From assembly GCA_963842525.1 (NCBI GenBank), contig CAWJGT010000006.1:96001-160000 (forward strand): a DNA stretch of 64,000 bases, in the 5' to 3' direction. This stretch comes from an uncultured Holophagales bacterium (GTDB lineage Bacteria; Acidobacteriota; Thermoanaerobaculia; Multivoradales; UBA5704). Below the pieces are notes generated by a model. It did not search any database. It was not told the origin of the DNA and worked only from the letters and a program-made list of their open reading frames with translations. Position 1 is the first letter of the stretch. Each line of letters begins with the position of its first letter. This document shows positions 1 to 16,433 of this stretch, piece by piece. The translations under genes and the position numbers were made by a program.

Positions 1-3374
<3,374 letters not shown>

Positions 3375-3378
<4 letters not shown>

Positions 3379-6300
3379 CGGAAGCCAGGCTTCGCGCGGT
3401 GCTGGTGGCCCGGTTGGCAGGCCGCCTGGGTATCGAGCCTTCGGCTCTGGATCCCCAGGAGCGGTTCAGCCGGTATGGGTTGGATTCGGCCGGAGCCACA
3501 GGGCTGATCGCCGAGCTGTCGGAGGAGCTGGGGAGGACGCTTTCGCCGACGCTGATCTGGGCGTATCCGACAGTGGAGGAGCTGGCGCGGCACCTCGCGG
3601 CCGGGGAGAGCGCTGCGCTGCGGACGGCGGGACCGGCGGGACTGGCCCAGGCACGCCGTTCCGTCGACGAGCCGATCGCCATCGTCGGCATGGCGTGCCG
3701 GTTCCCGGAGGCTCCGGACATCGAGTCGTACTGGCGGATGCTGTGCGACGGCGTCGATGCCACGCGCACGGTCCCCGCCGACCGGTGGGACGCCGAGGCC
3801 TGGTATGACCCCGATCCGGACCGGCCGGGGACGATCAACACGCGGCGCGGCGCCTTCCTCGACCGGATCGATGAATTCGACCCCCTCTTCTTCGGCATCT
3901 CGCCGCGCGAGGCGACGGAGATGGACCCCCAGCAGCGGCTGATGCTCGAGCTGGCCTGGGAGGGGTTGGAGGACGCCGGCATCCCGCCGCGGTCGCTCGC
4001 CGGGACCCGGACGGGTGTCTTCGTGGGCGTCATCTTCCACGACTACAGCGACCTCCACAAAATGTCCGGGGCACCCGTGACCTCCCACACCGGGCCGGGC
4101 ACGTCGCTCAGCATCGTCGCCAACCGGGTCTCCTATCTCCTGGGGCTGCGCGGACCGAGCCTGTCGGTCGACACCGCCTGCTCGTCGTCCCTGGTGTCGG
4201 TCCTCCTTGCCTGCCGCAGCCTGTGGGAGGGCGAGTCGTCCGTGGCGCTCGCGGGCGGGGTCAACCTGATCCTGACCCCGGAAGTCGCCGTGGAGCTGAC
4301 CAAGTTCGGCGGCCTCTCCGGCGACGGCCGGTGCAAGGCGTTCGACGCCGGGGCCGACGGCTTTGCCCGCGGCGAGGGGGGCGGTGTGGTGGTGCTCAAG
4401 CCGCTGTCGCGGGCGCTGGCCGACGGCGACCGGATCTACTGCCTGATCCGCGGCGGCGCGATGAACAACGACGGCGCGAGCAACGGCCTCACCGCGCCTA
4501 ACCCGCAGGCCCAGGTGGAGGTCCTCCAGGACGCCTATGCGCGGGTGGGCGTCGATCCCGGCCGAGTGCAGTACGTGGAGGCGCACGGCACGGGCACGCG
4601 GCTGGGCGATCCCATCGAGGCCCGCGCGCTCGCCGCGGTGCTCTGCGCGGACCGCGATCCCTCCCGCCCCCTGGTCCTCGGCTCGGCCAAGACCAACATC
4701 GCGCACCAGGAGGGGGCGGCCGGCATCGCCGGGCTGATCAAGCTCGCCCTGGCAGTCCACCACCGGGCGATCCCGCCCACCCTGCACTTCCGGACGCCGA
4801 ACCCGGACATCCCCTTCGAGGAGCTGCGGCTGCGCGTCCAGACCGCGCTCGGTCCCTGGCCCGCGCCTGAGCAGGAGGCCGCGGTAGGCGGGGTCAGCTC
4901 GTTCGGGTGGGGGGGCACCAATTGCCACATGGTGCTGGAGGGGCTGCGGGACCCTCACCCCCCTGGCCCCCCTCTCCCATCCGCACTCCCGATCCCCCGG
5001 GAGAGGGGGGAACAAGGAAAAAGCCTTGAGCTGGAGAGGTCTTCCTCCCCTCTCCCGGGGGGCGGGAGTGCGGATGGGAGAGGGGCCGGGGGTGAGGGTC
5101 CTCTGGTCTTCGTCTTCTCCGGCATGGGCTGGCAGTGGCCGGGCATGGCGCGCGACCTCCTGCGCTCCGAGCCGCTGCTGCGCGCCCGCCTGGAACGCGC
5201 CGACCGGGTCCTGGCGCCGCTGACCGGCTGGTCGCTCCTGGCCGAGCTGACCAGGGGTGGAGAGCGCTGGGGCGAGGTCGAGCTCGTCTTTCCGATCCTG
5301 ATCTCCGTGGAGATGGCGCTCTGCGACCTCTGGCGTTCCTGGGGCGTCGAGCCCGACGCGGTGGTGGGGCACAGCGTCGGCGAGGTCGCGGCGGCCTATG
5401 CGGCCGGGGCGCTCTCGTTCGACGACACCCTGCGGGTCGCGGTCGAGTACGGACGGACCTTGGGGAAGATCGACGGCCGGGGGGCGCTGGGCGTGGTGGC
5501 CCTCGCGCCTGACGAGGTCCGGCAGCGGATTTCGGTCCAGGGAGACCGGCTGGAGCTGGCCGGTGAGCTCAGCCCGGTCTCGGCCGTGGTGGCGGGCGAG
5601 CCGGCCGCGGTCGATGCCTTGCTCGCGCTCGTCAAGGCCGAAGGGCGGTTCGCCGCCCGCGTCGCCGCCAACGCCGCGGCGCACACCGCCCAGGTGGAGC
5701 CGCATCTGCCCGCGATGCGCGAGGCCCTGCGCGGCCTCGCCCCGCGCCCTCCCCGGATCCCCCTGATCTCGACCCTCACCGGAGAGCCGCTCGACCGGCC
5801 CATGGACGGCGACTACTGGACGGACAACCTGCGGCGGCCGGTCCTCTTCTCGCAGGCCGTCGGACAGCTCCTTGCGACGGGGCACGGCCTCTTCCTGGAG
5901 GTCGACGGGCATCCGATCCTGGCCACGCCGCTGGAACAGTGCTTTGCGGCGTCCGGAGCCCGCGCGGCCTGGCTCCCGTCCTTGCGCCGGAACGAGGATG
6001 GCCGCGGGACGCTGTGGGGCTCGCTCGCCGCCCTGCAGGCCGCGGGTCATCCGATCCGATCGGACCGATCCGACCGGTCCGGCCGGCCGGAGCTGGTGCC
6101 CCTCTCTGCCCGCACACCCGAGGCTCTCCGGGATCTGGCGCGGGCGGTGGCGCGCGAGGCGGGGGATGGGTCGCTCCCGGACCTCGCCGGGACCGCAGCC
6201 CTCCGCCGCAGCCATCACGAGCACCGCCTGGCCGCCGTGGCCCGTTCGCGGCCGGAGCTGGCCGACCGGCTGGAGGCTTTTGCGCGCGGCGAGGCGGTCG

Positions 6301-9300
6301 CCGGCCTTTCCGTGGGCCGGACCCGCCGCGGCGACCGGGGCGGGATCGTCTTCGCCTTCTCGGGCCAGGGGCCGCAGTGGCCCGGCATGGGGCGGCAGCT
6401 CTTCGCCGGGGAGCCGGTCTTCCGCGAGGTGATGGAGCGCTGCGACGAGCTGCTCCGGCCCTGGCTCGGCGAGCCCCTCTTCGACCGCCTGGACCGGGAC
6501 GAGGACGCCCTTTCGCACACCGAGCTGGCCCAGCCCGCCTTCTTCGCCCTGCAAGCGGCGCTCGCCGCCCTCTGGCGCTCCTGGGGGGTGGTCCCCGACG
6601 CGGTGATCGGCCACAGCGTCGGCGAGATCGCGGCCGCGCACGTCGCAGGCGCCCTGACCCTCGAAGAGGGGATACGGGTGGCCTGCGTCCGCGGCCGGGC
6701 CATGGAGCCGGGCCGGGGAAAAGGAGGGATGGTCGCCGTCGAGCTGCCCGAGGAGGAGGCCCGGGCCGCGCTGGCTGGGCTCGATGTCTCGATTGCGGCA
6801 GTGAACAGCCCGGCGGCCGTGGTGATCGCAGGTACCCCCGATGCCTTGGACGAAGCTGTGGCGGCCCTTCAGGCGCGTGGAATCACCTGCCGCCGGCTGC
6901 GCGTCGACTATGCCTTCCACAGCGCGGGGATGGAGCCCTTCGACCGGGAGGTGGAAGCCGGCCTCGCCGACCTGCGGCCCCGGCCGGTCGTCCTCCCGAT
7001 GATCTCGACCGTAACAGGGGCAGCCGTGGCCGGGCCGGACCTGGATGGGTCGTATTGGGGGCGCAACGTCCGGCAGCCGGTCCGTTTTGCCGACGCGATC
7101 GGCGTCCTGGCGGACCGTGCCCTGTTCCTGGAGATCGGCCCTCACCCGGTGCTCGCGGTGGCGATCTCCCAGTGCCTGGAGAGCGCGACCCTGCTGGCGT
7201 CGCTCCGCCGCGGCCGGGACGAGCGCGAGACGATGCTCGATGCGCTGGGGTCGTTGTACACGCTCGGCCATCCGATCGACTGGACGGGGGTCCACCCCGA
7301 CGGCGCCCGCCTGGTTCGCCTGCCCACGTATCCCTTCCAGCGGCAGCGGTATTGGTTCGAGGCCGGCAGCTCGACGCGCTCCGCGAGGCCGGCAGCGAAG
7401 CCCTCTGATCAGGAGACTCGGTCCATGTCCCAGCCTTCTCCCTCCAACCGCCACAGCCGCATCGCCGCGACCCTGCAGGGGATCGTCGGGCGGGTGCTGC
7501 GCATCGAGCCAAAGGACATCGACATCGAGGCACCGTTCCTGGAGCTGGGCGCCGACTCGCTCGCGCTGGTCGAGGCCTTGCGCGGCCTCCAGGAGTCCTT
7601 CGGGGTCAAGCTGACGATCCGCCAGCTCTTCGAGCAGCTCCCGTCGATCGCGGCGCTGGCGAGCTTCCTGGACCAAACGTTGCCGGCGGACCCTCACCCC
7701 CTTGATCCCCCTCTCCCAGCCGCACTCCCTTTCCCCGGGAGAGGGGGAGAAACAGAGAAAAGGACCGATGCTCCGGCCATGGAGCGGTTGTTCGCGATGC
7801 AGATCCAGGCGTTCAACGAGGGGTTCAACCAGCTCGTGGCGCAGCAGCTCCAGATGCTCGGCACGGCAACGCCATCCCTCCCCGCTCCTCCAGAACCGGT
7901 GACGACCGCCGCCGGCTCGTGGGAGCGGCGTGGGGTCAAGCCGGCCCTCGCGCCGGTGGCGAAACGGGTGCAGACGGCGGAGCCCGCGGCCCACAAAGCC
8001 CTGGAAGACCACGGCGTCCGCTTCGGCCTCTATTTCTTCGGCAACTACGCGGCCGAGTTCCGGGCCGGCAAGTACGACCTGCTGCTCGACACCGCGCGCT
8101 TCGCCGACCGCCACGGGTTCAATTCGATCTGGTTCCCCGAGCGCCATTTCCACCCGTTCGGCGGCCTGTCGCCCAATCCCTCGGTGCTCGCCGCGGCCCT
8201 GGCGCGCGAGACGGAGCGGATCGCCCTGCGGGCGGGCAGCGTCGTGCTCCCCCTGCACCACCCGGTGCGGGTAGCCGAGGAGTGGGCCCTGGTGGACAAC
8301 CTGTCGGGCGGCCGGATCGGGCTCTCCTACGCCTCGGGCTGGCACCCCAACGACTTCGCCCTGGCGCCCGAGGCCTACGGGCGCCACAGGGACCTGATGT
8401 TCGAGCGCGCCGAGACGGTCCGCCGGCTGTGGCAGGGCGAAGCGGTCCGCCTGCTCGACGGCGCCGGCAAGGAGGTCGACCTCCGCATCTTTCCCCTGCC
8501 GTCGCGGCGCGACCTGCCGGTCTGGATCACCATCGTCAACAACCCGGACACCTACCGGGCCGCCGGCGAGATGGGCGCCGGCGTGCTCACCAATCTCATG
8601 GGCCAGACGCCGGACGCGCTCGCCGCCAACCTGGCCATCTATCGCGAGGCCCTGGCGGGCGCCGGCCACCCGCCCGAACGGGGGCATGTGGCCCTGCTCC
8701 TCCATACCTTCCTCGGCCCTGACGCCGAGCAGGCGATCGACGCCGCGCGCCGGCCGTTCTACGCCTACATGGAGTCTTCGGTCGGACTGGTCCAGAACGC
8801 CTTGGCGAGCGAGGGCGCGCCGGTCGATTTCGAGCGCCTGTCGCGCGAGGACTTCGAGTACATGCTGGAGCTTGCCTACCAGCGCTATGTGAAGGCCTCG
8901 GCTCTCATCGGCTCGCCGGAGTCCGTGTCCCCGATCGTCGAGCGGCTGCGCGATGCCGGGGTGGACGAGGTGGCCTGCCTGGTCGATTTCGGGGTGGACC
9001 CGGACGCGGTGCTCGCGAGCCTCCCCTCGATCGCGGCGCTCCAGGAGCGCTTCCGCCCGCGGCGGCATCGGCCGTCCATGGCCCCGGCCGAGGTGCCGCT
9101 CACCGCGTCCCAGCGCGATCTCTATACCGTGACCCAGCTCGGGGAGGAGGCCTCGCTCGCCTACCTGGAGCCGGGCATCGTGGAGATGCGCGGGCCGCTG
9201 GACGTGGACCTCCTGCGGCGGTCGCTCCAGGCGGTGGTGGACCGGCACGAGGCCCTGCGCTCGGTCGTGCCACCCGCGGATGCGGGCGAGCCGGTGCAGG

Positions 9301-12300
9301 TCGTCCTTCCCCAGCTTCTCCTCGACGTGCCGCTGGTCGATGTGTCGGGGTGCCCACCCGAGCGGCGCGAGGAGGCCGCGCAGGGCTGGCTCACCGCCGA
9401 GAGCCTGCGCGTCTTCGACCTCACCCGCGGGCCGCTGATCCATGCGTCCCTGCTGCGCCTGGGGCCGCGGAGCCGTCCGGTGCACCGGCTCGGGGTGTTC
9501 GTCCATCACATCGTGGCCGACGGGCTGTCGATCGTGATCCTGATCCGCGACGTCTTGGTGATCTACGAGGCCGGGCGCGCCGGACGCAGGCCCGTGTTGC
9601 CGCCGGCGATGCGGTTCCGCGACTATGTGGCCTGGCTGGCGGCGGAGGGAGCCCCGACGCCCGAGGACGAGGCCTGGTGGCTCTCGCGCTTCGCCGGGAC
9701 ACTCCCGGTGTTCGAGCCGCCCGCCGACCGGCCGCGCTCGCCGGTGCGCACCTTCGCCGGCTCGCGCCGCGGCCTGGTCCTCGATCCGGACGTCCATCGG
9801 GCGCTCCACCAATTCAGCCGGGGCCGGGGCGTGACCTTCTTCATCTCGCTGCTCGCCGCCTATACGGCGATGCTCCACCGCTGGACCGGGCAGGACGACC
9901 TCATCGTCGGCGGGCCGGCCAACCGTCGGCCGCTCGAAGGGGGGGACCGGCTCGTCGGCCACTGCGTCGACCTGGTGCCCTTCCGCAGCCGAGCCGAAGG
10001 CGACCCGACCTTCCTCCAGCATCTGGCCGCCACGCGCGCCTTTGTCCTCGACACGCACGAGCACAGCGGTTATTCGTTCGCCCACCTGCTGCGAGCGCTG
10101 CGGCTGCCCCACGACCCGTCCCGGCTGCCGCTGATCAACGCCGTCTTCAGCTTCGATCCCGGCGCCGCGATCCCCAAGGCGGCCGGTCTGGAGCTGATCG
10201 AGCGTCCGCCGGTGATCACCCACGCCAAGTTCAACGTCGCGCTGCACGTCCTCGAAGCCGGCCCGGACCTCCTCGTCCAGGTGGAGTACCGGACCGACCT
10301 CTTCGAGCCCGAGACCATGGACCGCTTCCTGGAGCGCCTGGTCCTCCTGGCCGAAGGCGCCGTGGCCGATCCCTCCCGCCCCCTGGGAGACCTGCCGCTG
10401 CTCACCCCGGCCGAGCGCAGGCAGGTCCTCGACGAGTGGAGCGGCACGGCGGCGGAGTATCCGCGAAACCTCCCCCTCCACCAACTGTTCGCGGCCGTGG
10501 TCGAGCGCAATCCCGAGGCCCCGGCCTTGATCTGGACCGGCCCGGAGGGCGAAGAGCGGCTGACCTACGGCGAGCTGGCTGCCCGGGCGGATGAGCTGGC
10601 GGACCGGCTGCGTGCGCTCGGGGTGGGGCCGGAAGTACGGGTGGTCCTGGAGATGGAGCGGTCGCCCGAGCTGGTCGTAGCCATGCTGGCGGTCCTGAAG
10701 GCGGGTGGGGCGTATGTGCCGATCGATCCGGCCGATCCGGCGGAGCGGCGGGCGTTTCTTCGCGAGGATTCGGGGGCAGCAGTGGTTCTCCCCTCTCCCG
10801 GGGGATGGGAGGGCGATGGGAGAGGGGCCGGGGGTGAGGGGCTCGGCGGCGGCGACCACCTCGCCTGCGTGATCTACACCTCCGGCTCCACCGGCAAGCC
10901 CAAAGGCGTGGCCATCCTCCACCATGCCATCGCCCGGCTGGCGCTGAACACCGACTACATCCACCTGGGGCCGGGCGACCGTATCGCCCACGCCTCGAGC
11001 CCGGCCTTTGACGCCACCACGTTCGAGGTCTGGGGGGCGCTCCTGACCGGAGCGGCGCTGGTGGTGATTTCACGCGAGGTGGCTCTGGCACCCGCGATGC
11101 TGGCCGAGGAGGTCCGGCGGCGGGGCGTCACGGCCATGTTCCTCACCACAGCTCTTTTCAACGAGGTGGTCCGCGAGGCGCCGCAGGTCGCGCGCGACCT
11201 GCGTTGGCTGCTCTTCGGCGGCGAGGCGGTCACGCCGCAGCGGGTCCGCGAGGCGTTGGCGGCGGCCGGGCCGGAGCTGCGGCTCGTGCACCTGTACGGC
11301 CCCGCGGAGGGCACCACGCTGGCGACCTGGCACCACGTGGAATCCGTGCCCGAGGGACGGACGGTTCCGATCGGCGGTCCGGTCGCCAACACCCGGGTCT
11401 GGTTGCTCGATCCGCTCCTGCGGCCGGTGCCGGTGGGTACGCCCGGCGAGCTGTGCATCGGCGGCGACGGTCTGGCCCGCGGTTATCTCGGCCGGCCGGA
11501 CCTCACCGCCGAGCGCTTCGTGCCGAGCCCGTTCGAGGCCGGCGAGCGCCTCTATCGCACGGGCGACCTGGCGCGCCGGCGGCCGGAGCGGCCGGGGTCG
11601 CCGGGGTGGCCGGACGGTGCCATCGAGTTCCTGGGGCGGACCGATACCCAGGTGAAGATCCGCGGCCTCCGCATCGAGCCGGGGGAGGTCGAAACCGTCC
11701 TCGCCGGCTGCCCCGGGGTGCGGGAGGCCGCTGTCGTGGTCCAGGAGACGGACGGCGGGCGGCGGCTGGCCGCCTTTGTGGTGCTCGAAGCGGGGGCCAC
11801 CCCGCAGATTCCCCCGGATATCCGAGGCTTCCTGGCCCAGCGGCTGCCGGCGTGGATGGTCCCTGCCGGGGTGACTGTCCTCGACGCCCTCCCGGTGACC
11901 CCGGGCGGCAAGGTGGATCGCCGCGCCCTGGCCCTCCTGGAGAAGGCCGGCGGCTCCTCGGAGCGCCCCTTCGAGGCGCCGCGCAATCCGGTCGAGGAGA
12001 TCCTGGCCGGCGCCTGGGCCGATGTCCTGCGCCGCGAGCGGATCGGCATTCACGACGACTTCTTCGCGCTCGGTGGCCACTCGCTCCTCGCCGGCCGGGT
12101 CCTCTCCCGCCTGCGCGGTCTGCTGGGCGCGGAGGTCTCGCTGCGCGACTTCTTCCGCGAGCCGACCGTGGCCGGCCTGGCCCGGCTCGCCGAGCGGGCG
12201 CGCCAGACTGCCGCAGGAGCTGTCCCGCCTCCAATCGTGCCAGCGCTGAGGGCACCCGGGAGTGACCATCTCCGTCTCTCGTTCGCCCAGGAGCGGCTCT

Positions 12301-14660
12301 GGCTCATCGACCAGCTCCAGCCGGGGAGCACCGCCTACAACAGCTTCCTCCCCGCCCTGCTGACCGGCCGGCTCGACGCCGCGGCCCTGGAGCGGGCGCT
12401 GGGCGAGATCCGCCGCCGTCACGAGGTGTTGCGCACCCGGTTCGTCGCCACGCCGGAGGGGCCGGTCCAGGTGATCGACACGCCTGGCGCCTGGCACCTG
12501 CCAGGGGTGGACCTCGACGCCCTCCCCCCGGCCGTGCGCGAGACCGAGCTGCACCGGCTGGCCGCCGCGGCGGCCAGCCGGCCGTTCGACCTCGCCCGCG
12601 GACCGCTCTTCCGACCCACCCTGCTGCGTCTCGGAGAGAGCGAGCACGCCCTCCTTCTCGACCTCCACCACTCCGTCTGCGACGGCTGGTCGCTGGAGGA
12701 GGTGATGACGGCCGAGCTGAGCGCCCTCTATCAGGCGTTTTCTGAGGTTGCCGCGGGACGGCCGTCGCCGCTGCCCGAGCTGCCGATCCAGTATGCCGAC
12801 TTCGCGCAGTGGCAGCGGCAGTGGCTCCAGGGCAAAGCCCTGGAAACGCAGCTCGCCTGGTGGCGGGAGCGGCTCGGCGGCGAGCCCCCCGCTCTGGACC
12901 TCCCTACAGACCGGCCGCGCCCCGCGGTTCTGAGCGGACGCGGCGACTCCGAGACGATCTTTCTCCCGCCGGACCTGCTGGCGGGCCTCGCCGGGCTTGC
13001 CCAGCGGCACGGGGCGACGCTGTTCATGGTTCTGCTCGCGGGGCTCCAGGCCGTGCTCCACCGCTGGTCCGGGCAGGACCGGATCGGCATCGGCACCCCG
13101 GTCGCCAACCGCAACCGCCTGGAGATCGAGCCCCTGATCGGCTTCTTCATCAACACCCTCGTCCTGGCGCCCGACCTCGCCGGGAATCCCTCGGTCAGCT
13201 CGCTGCTGGAGCGGGTGCGGGACCTGACCCTGGGCGCCTTCGACCACCAGGACCTCCCCTTCGAGAAGCTGGTCGCGGTGCTCCAGACCCGCCGCGACCC
13301 GAGCCGGAACCCGCTCTTCCAGGTCCTCTTCGTGCTGCAGAACAACCGGCCGTCGTCCCTCGACCTGCCCGGATTGGAGGTCGCCGTGCTGCCCCCCGGC
13401 CCCGCCGTGGTGCAGTTCGATCTCTCGTTTTCGGCCGTCGAGAGTCAGGGAAGCCTCCTCCTGTCGGTGGCCTGGAGCGCCGACCTCTTCGACCGCACCA
13501 CCGTCGAGAGGCTGCTGGCCGACGTGCGCCGCGGCCTGGAGGGGATGGTGGAGGACCCGGCGCAGACCCTTCGCGACCTGCCCCTGGCCTTCGGGCCGCC
13601 GGAGCGCCGGCAGGTCGCGTCCGAGCAGGTGGAGGCTGCGGCGGCGCCCGGCGATGAGGCGGGGGAGGCGCCGCAGGAGGGCCTCCGGCAGCGGCGCCAG
13701 CAGGTCGCCTCCCGCCGCCGGCAGCTCTCGCCGGAGCGGCGTGCCCTGCTGGAGAAATGGGTGGGCGGCGCGCCGGCCGGGGCGGCTCCCGAGGATGAGG
13801 CGAAGGAGGCGCCGCCGGTCTCGCCGCTGGTGCCCGTCCAGCCCATCGTGCCCGGGGAGGACGTCCGGCCGCCGATCTTCCTCGCGCATCCGGCCAACGG
13901 CACGGTCAACAACTACCTCGCGCTGGCGCGCCAGCTCGGTCCGGAGCAGCCGCTCTACGCCCTCCAGGCGCCGGGCCTTGCGGGCGGCGAGGTGCTGGCG
14001 GACCTGGAGCCCATCGCCGCCCGTTATGTGGAGGCGGTGCGCACGGTCCAGCCGCACGGCCCGTACCGGCTCGGCGGCTGGTGCACGGGCGGGACCGTCG
14101 CCTTCGAGATGGCCCGCAAGCTGCACCGGGAGGGGGAGGAGGTGGACCTCCTGGTGCTGATCGACAGCCATGCGCCGCCGGCCGAGCTCCCCGGGCCGGC
14201 CGACGAGGCCATCCTCCTCGGATCGTTCGCCGAAGAGCTTGCCACCTCGGCAGGCAAGAGCCTGCGCGCCCCGCTCGACGACCTGCGCCGCATCGCGCCG
14301 GAGGAGCGCCTGGACTGGCTGCTGGAGCTGGCGCGCCAGAGCGGGGTCCTTCCCGAGAGCTTCGACGCCGAGCAGGCCCACCGGCATTGGGAGGTCCTGC
14401 GCGCCAACGTGCGGGCCATCGAGCGCGCCCGGCTGGAGCCCCTGCCGCTGCGCGCGGTCCAGTTCCGCGCCATGACCCAGCCGCCCGAGGCACAGGGGCG
14501 AAGGGCCCTTGGCTGGGACCTCTGGATCGCCGGCCCGTTGGAGATCGTCGACCTCCCCGGAGGCCACGAAGACCTCCTGCGCCCGCCGTACCTGGAGGCC
14601 CTCGCCCGCGAGATGACCGCCCGGCTGGCCCCGGCGGTAGGGGTGACGCCCGGGATATGA
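3375..14660 (+). CDS. Hybrid PKS/NRPS: ACP-KS-AT-AT-ACP-luciferase-like monooxygenase-C-A-T-C-TE
   Basis: GTG at 3375 overlaps the upstream TGA, with GGAGGAGG before it. ACP GLDS; KS DTACSSS/HGTGT; two AT GHSVGE; ACP GADS; LLM WFPERHFHPFGGLSPNP; C HHIVADG; A YTSGSTGKPKG; T GGHSL; C HHSVCDG; TE GWCTGG (Cys at the usual Ser position) with distal GGHEDL. Confidence 0.93.
4951..5099. repeat. Complete palindromic CCCCTCTCCC/GGGAGAGGGG-family element, in frame in the PKS
   Basis: accctcacccc..cccctctcccatccgcactccc is the inverse of gggagtgcggatgggagagggg..ggggtgagggt. Same family as the intergenic copy at 63706-63981. Confidence 0.85.
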
Positions 14661-14667
14661 TCGCCCT

Positions 14668-15376
14668 GTGCTGCGCGCCGTCCTGTTCGATTTCAACGGA
14701 ATCCTGGTGGATGACGAGCCGATCCACCTCGAGGTGTTGCAGCGGGTGCTCGGCGAGGAAGGGATCTCCCTCTCGGCCGAGGACTACTACAGCCACTACC
14801 TCGGCTTCGACGACCGCGCCTGTTTTACGGCGGCGCTGCGCCAGTCCGGCGAGGAGCCGGCGGCGCCCCGGCTGATGCGGCTGATCGCGCGCAAGGCCTC
14901 GTACTACCAGGAGAAGATCCGCGAGCGCGGCTATCCCATCTTTCCCGGCGCCGCCGAGCTGGTCCGGGAAGCTCTCGGCGGCGCGCCGGATGCTGGGCAT
15001 CGTGACCGGCGCCCTGCTGGAGGAGGTCGAGGGGGCGCTCCGCCAGGCCGGGCTGCGCGACCGCTTCAAGGTCCTCGTCACCGCCGAGGACGTGACCGCG
15101 AGCAAACCCGACCCCGAGGGGTACCAGCGCGCCCTGGAGGCGCTCAACTCCCTGCCGCCGCTGCCGGAGCGGATGATCCACCCCCACGAGGTCCTCGCCG
15201 TCGAGGACAGCCCCGCCGGGCTCGCCGCGGCGGCGGAGATGGGGCTGGTGACCCTCGGCGTCGCCCAGACCTACCCGGCCGACCGGCTGCGCCAGGCCCA
15301 TGCCGTGGCGGCAAGCCTCCGCGGCCTGACGCTCGGGCGACTCGAGCAGCTCTTCGCCGAGGCCAGCCGCCGCTGA
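14668..15376 (+). CDS. HAD family phosphatase (beta-PGM/CbbY-like), apparent frameshift near 14985
   Basis: N-terminal FDFNGILVD in one frame; SKPDPEGY and VEDSPAG in the 14990-15376 frame. Confidence 0.8.
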
Positions 15377-15393
15377 CCCCGCCCCGCATTCCC

Positions 15394-16017
15394 ATGGAAC
15401 CAGAGACCCGCCGGCGCATCGAGCAGTACGTCCGCCCGCTCTATGCGGGTCTGGACGGCGTCCAGACCTTCGACCGGGTGGACCGGCTGCATGCGCACAT
15501 CGCCGCGATCCGGTCAGCCATCGGGGAGAGCGCGCCGCGGATCGACGACGACCTGCTGGAGCTGCTGCTCCTCCTGCATGGGGCCGTCGACCGGCTGGGA
15601 TCGCTCGCGGCCGGCGGCCGGCTCGACCTCTTTCTGCGCGGCCTGGGGCTCGCCGAAGACCTGGTGCGCGGCGTGCGGACGGCCCTCGGCCGTTTCCGGG
15701 ACAACCCGCGCCGGCCGGAAGAAGAGCTCCTCCACGACGCGCTGCTGCTGGAGTCCGCGGGCGTGGTCGCGGCGGCGGAGCGGCTGATGGCGGCGGGGAA
15801 GAAGCGGGTGCCGCTGGTGCGCGCATTGGCGCAGCTCGATCCCGGGCCGCCGAAAGAGCGCTATCGGACCGTCCAGGGCGCGGTGTTTGGTACAGCCCGG
15901 CGCCGGGAGGCGGAAGATTGGATCGAGGCTCCTGCGCCGCAAGGCGGCGCAGGAGGATCAGGTGGGCCAGTTGAAAATCAATTGACGGGCAGGCGCCCGG
16001 CGAACCCTTCGTCGTAG
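15394..16017 (+). CDS. Hypothetical protein, degenerate HD-fold-like; 3' end uncertain
   Basis: ATG at 15394 after the HAD stop; LLLLLHG and LLHDALLLE helices. The overlap with the opposite-strand gene suggests a frameshift near 15930. Confidence 0.5.
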   Translation: MEPETRRRIEQYVRPLYAGLDGVQTFDRVDRLHAHIAAIRSAIGESAPRIDDDLLELLLLLHGAVDRLGSLAAGGRLDLFLRGLGLAEDLVRGVRTALGRFRDNPRRPEEELLHDALLLESAGVVAAAERLMAAGKKRVPLVRALAQLDPGPPKERYRTVQGAVFGTARRREAEDWIEAPAPQGGAGGSGGPVENQLTGRRPANPSS

Positions 16018-16331
16018 GTGTGGAAAAAGCCCAGCGACTCTTCCGGGAAACGCCAGCAGTAGTAGCCGTCGCCGCTGTCCCAGTCCACCAGCCAGAGCCC
16101 CTTGACCTCGCAGCCGACCGAGCTGACCTGTTCCGCCCACCAGCGGAAGATCAGCTCGCGGGCCTCCTCCAGCTCCGGGCGGCGCGATTCCTGCTCCTCG
16201 CGGCTGCCCAACGTGTTGACCAGCGCCTCCATCTGGCGCACCGCCTCGGCCGTGGCGTCGCGGACCACGGGGAAGGTGGAGATCGCCTCGTCGTACGAGA
16301 AGATCCTCTTGGTGCGTCGCTTCTCAGGCAT
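15978..16331 (-). CDS. DUF2203-family protein
   Basis: C-terminal VKGLWLVDW..YYCWRFPE..FFH...GFAGR signature. Confidence 0.8.
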   Translation of the reverse strand: MPEKRRTKRIFSYDEAISTFPVVRDATAEAVRQMEALVNTLGSREEQESRRPELEEARELIFRWWAEQVSSVGCEVKGLWLVDWDSGDGYYCWRFPEESLGFFHTYDEGFAGRLPVN

Positions 16332-16433
16332 AAGGAACGAAAATCATAGCAGAGGCTGCGCTCCATGTCGCCCTCTTGGCGGGCCGGGGGTGGCTGCGGT
16401 ACATTTCCAGGCATCGTGAGCATCCAGGATCGG

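Noticed and set aside
14668-16017. HAD-HD fusion protein of 449 aa
   Set aside because: It is an artefact of the HAD frameshift; the two genes have their own stop (15376) and start (15394).
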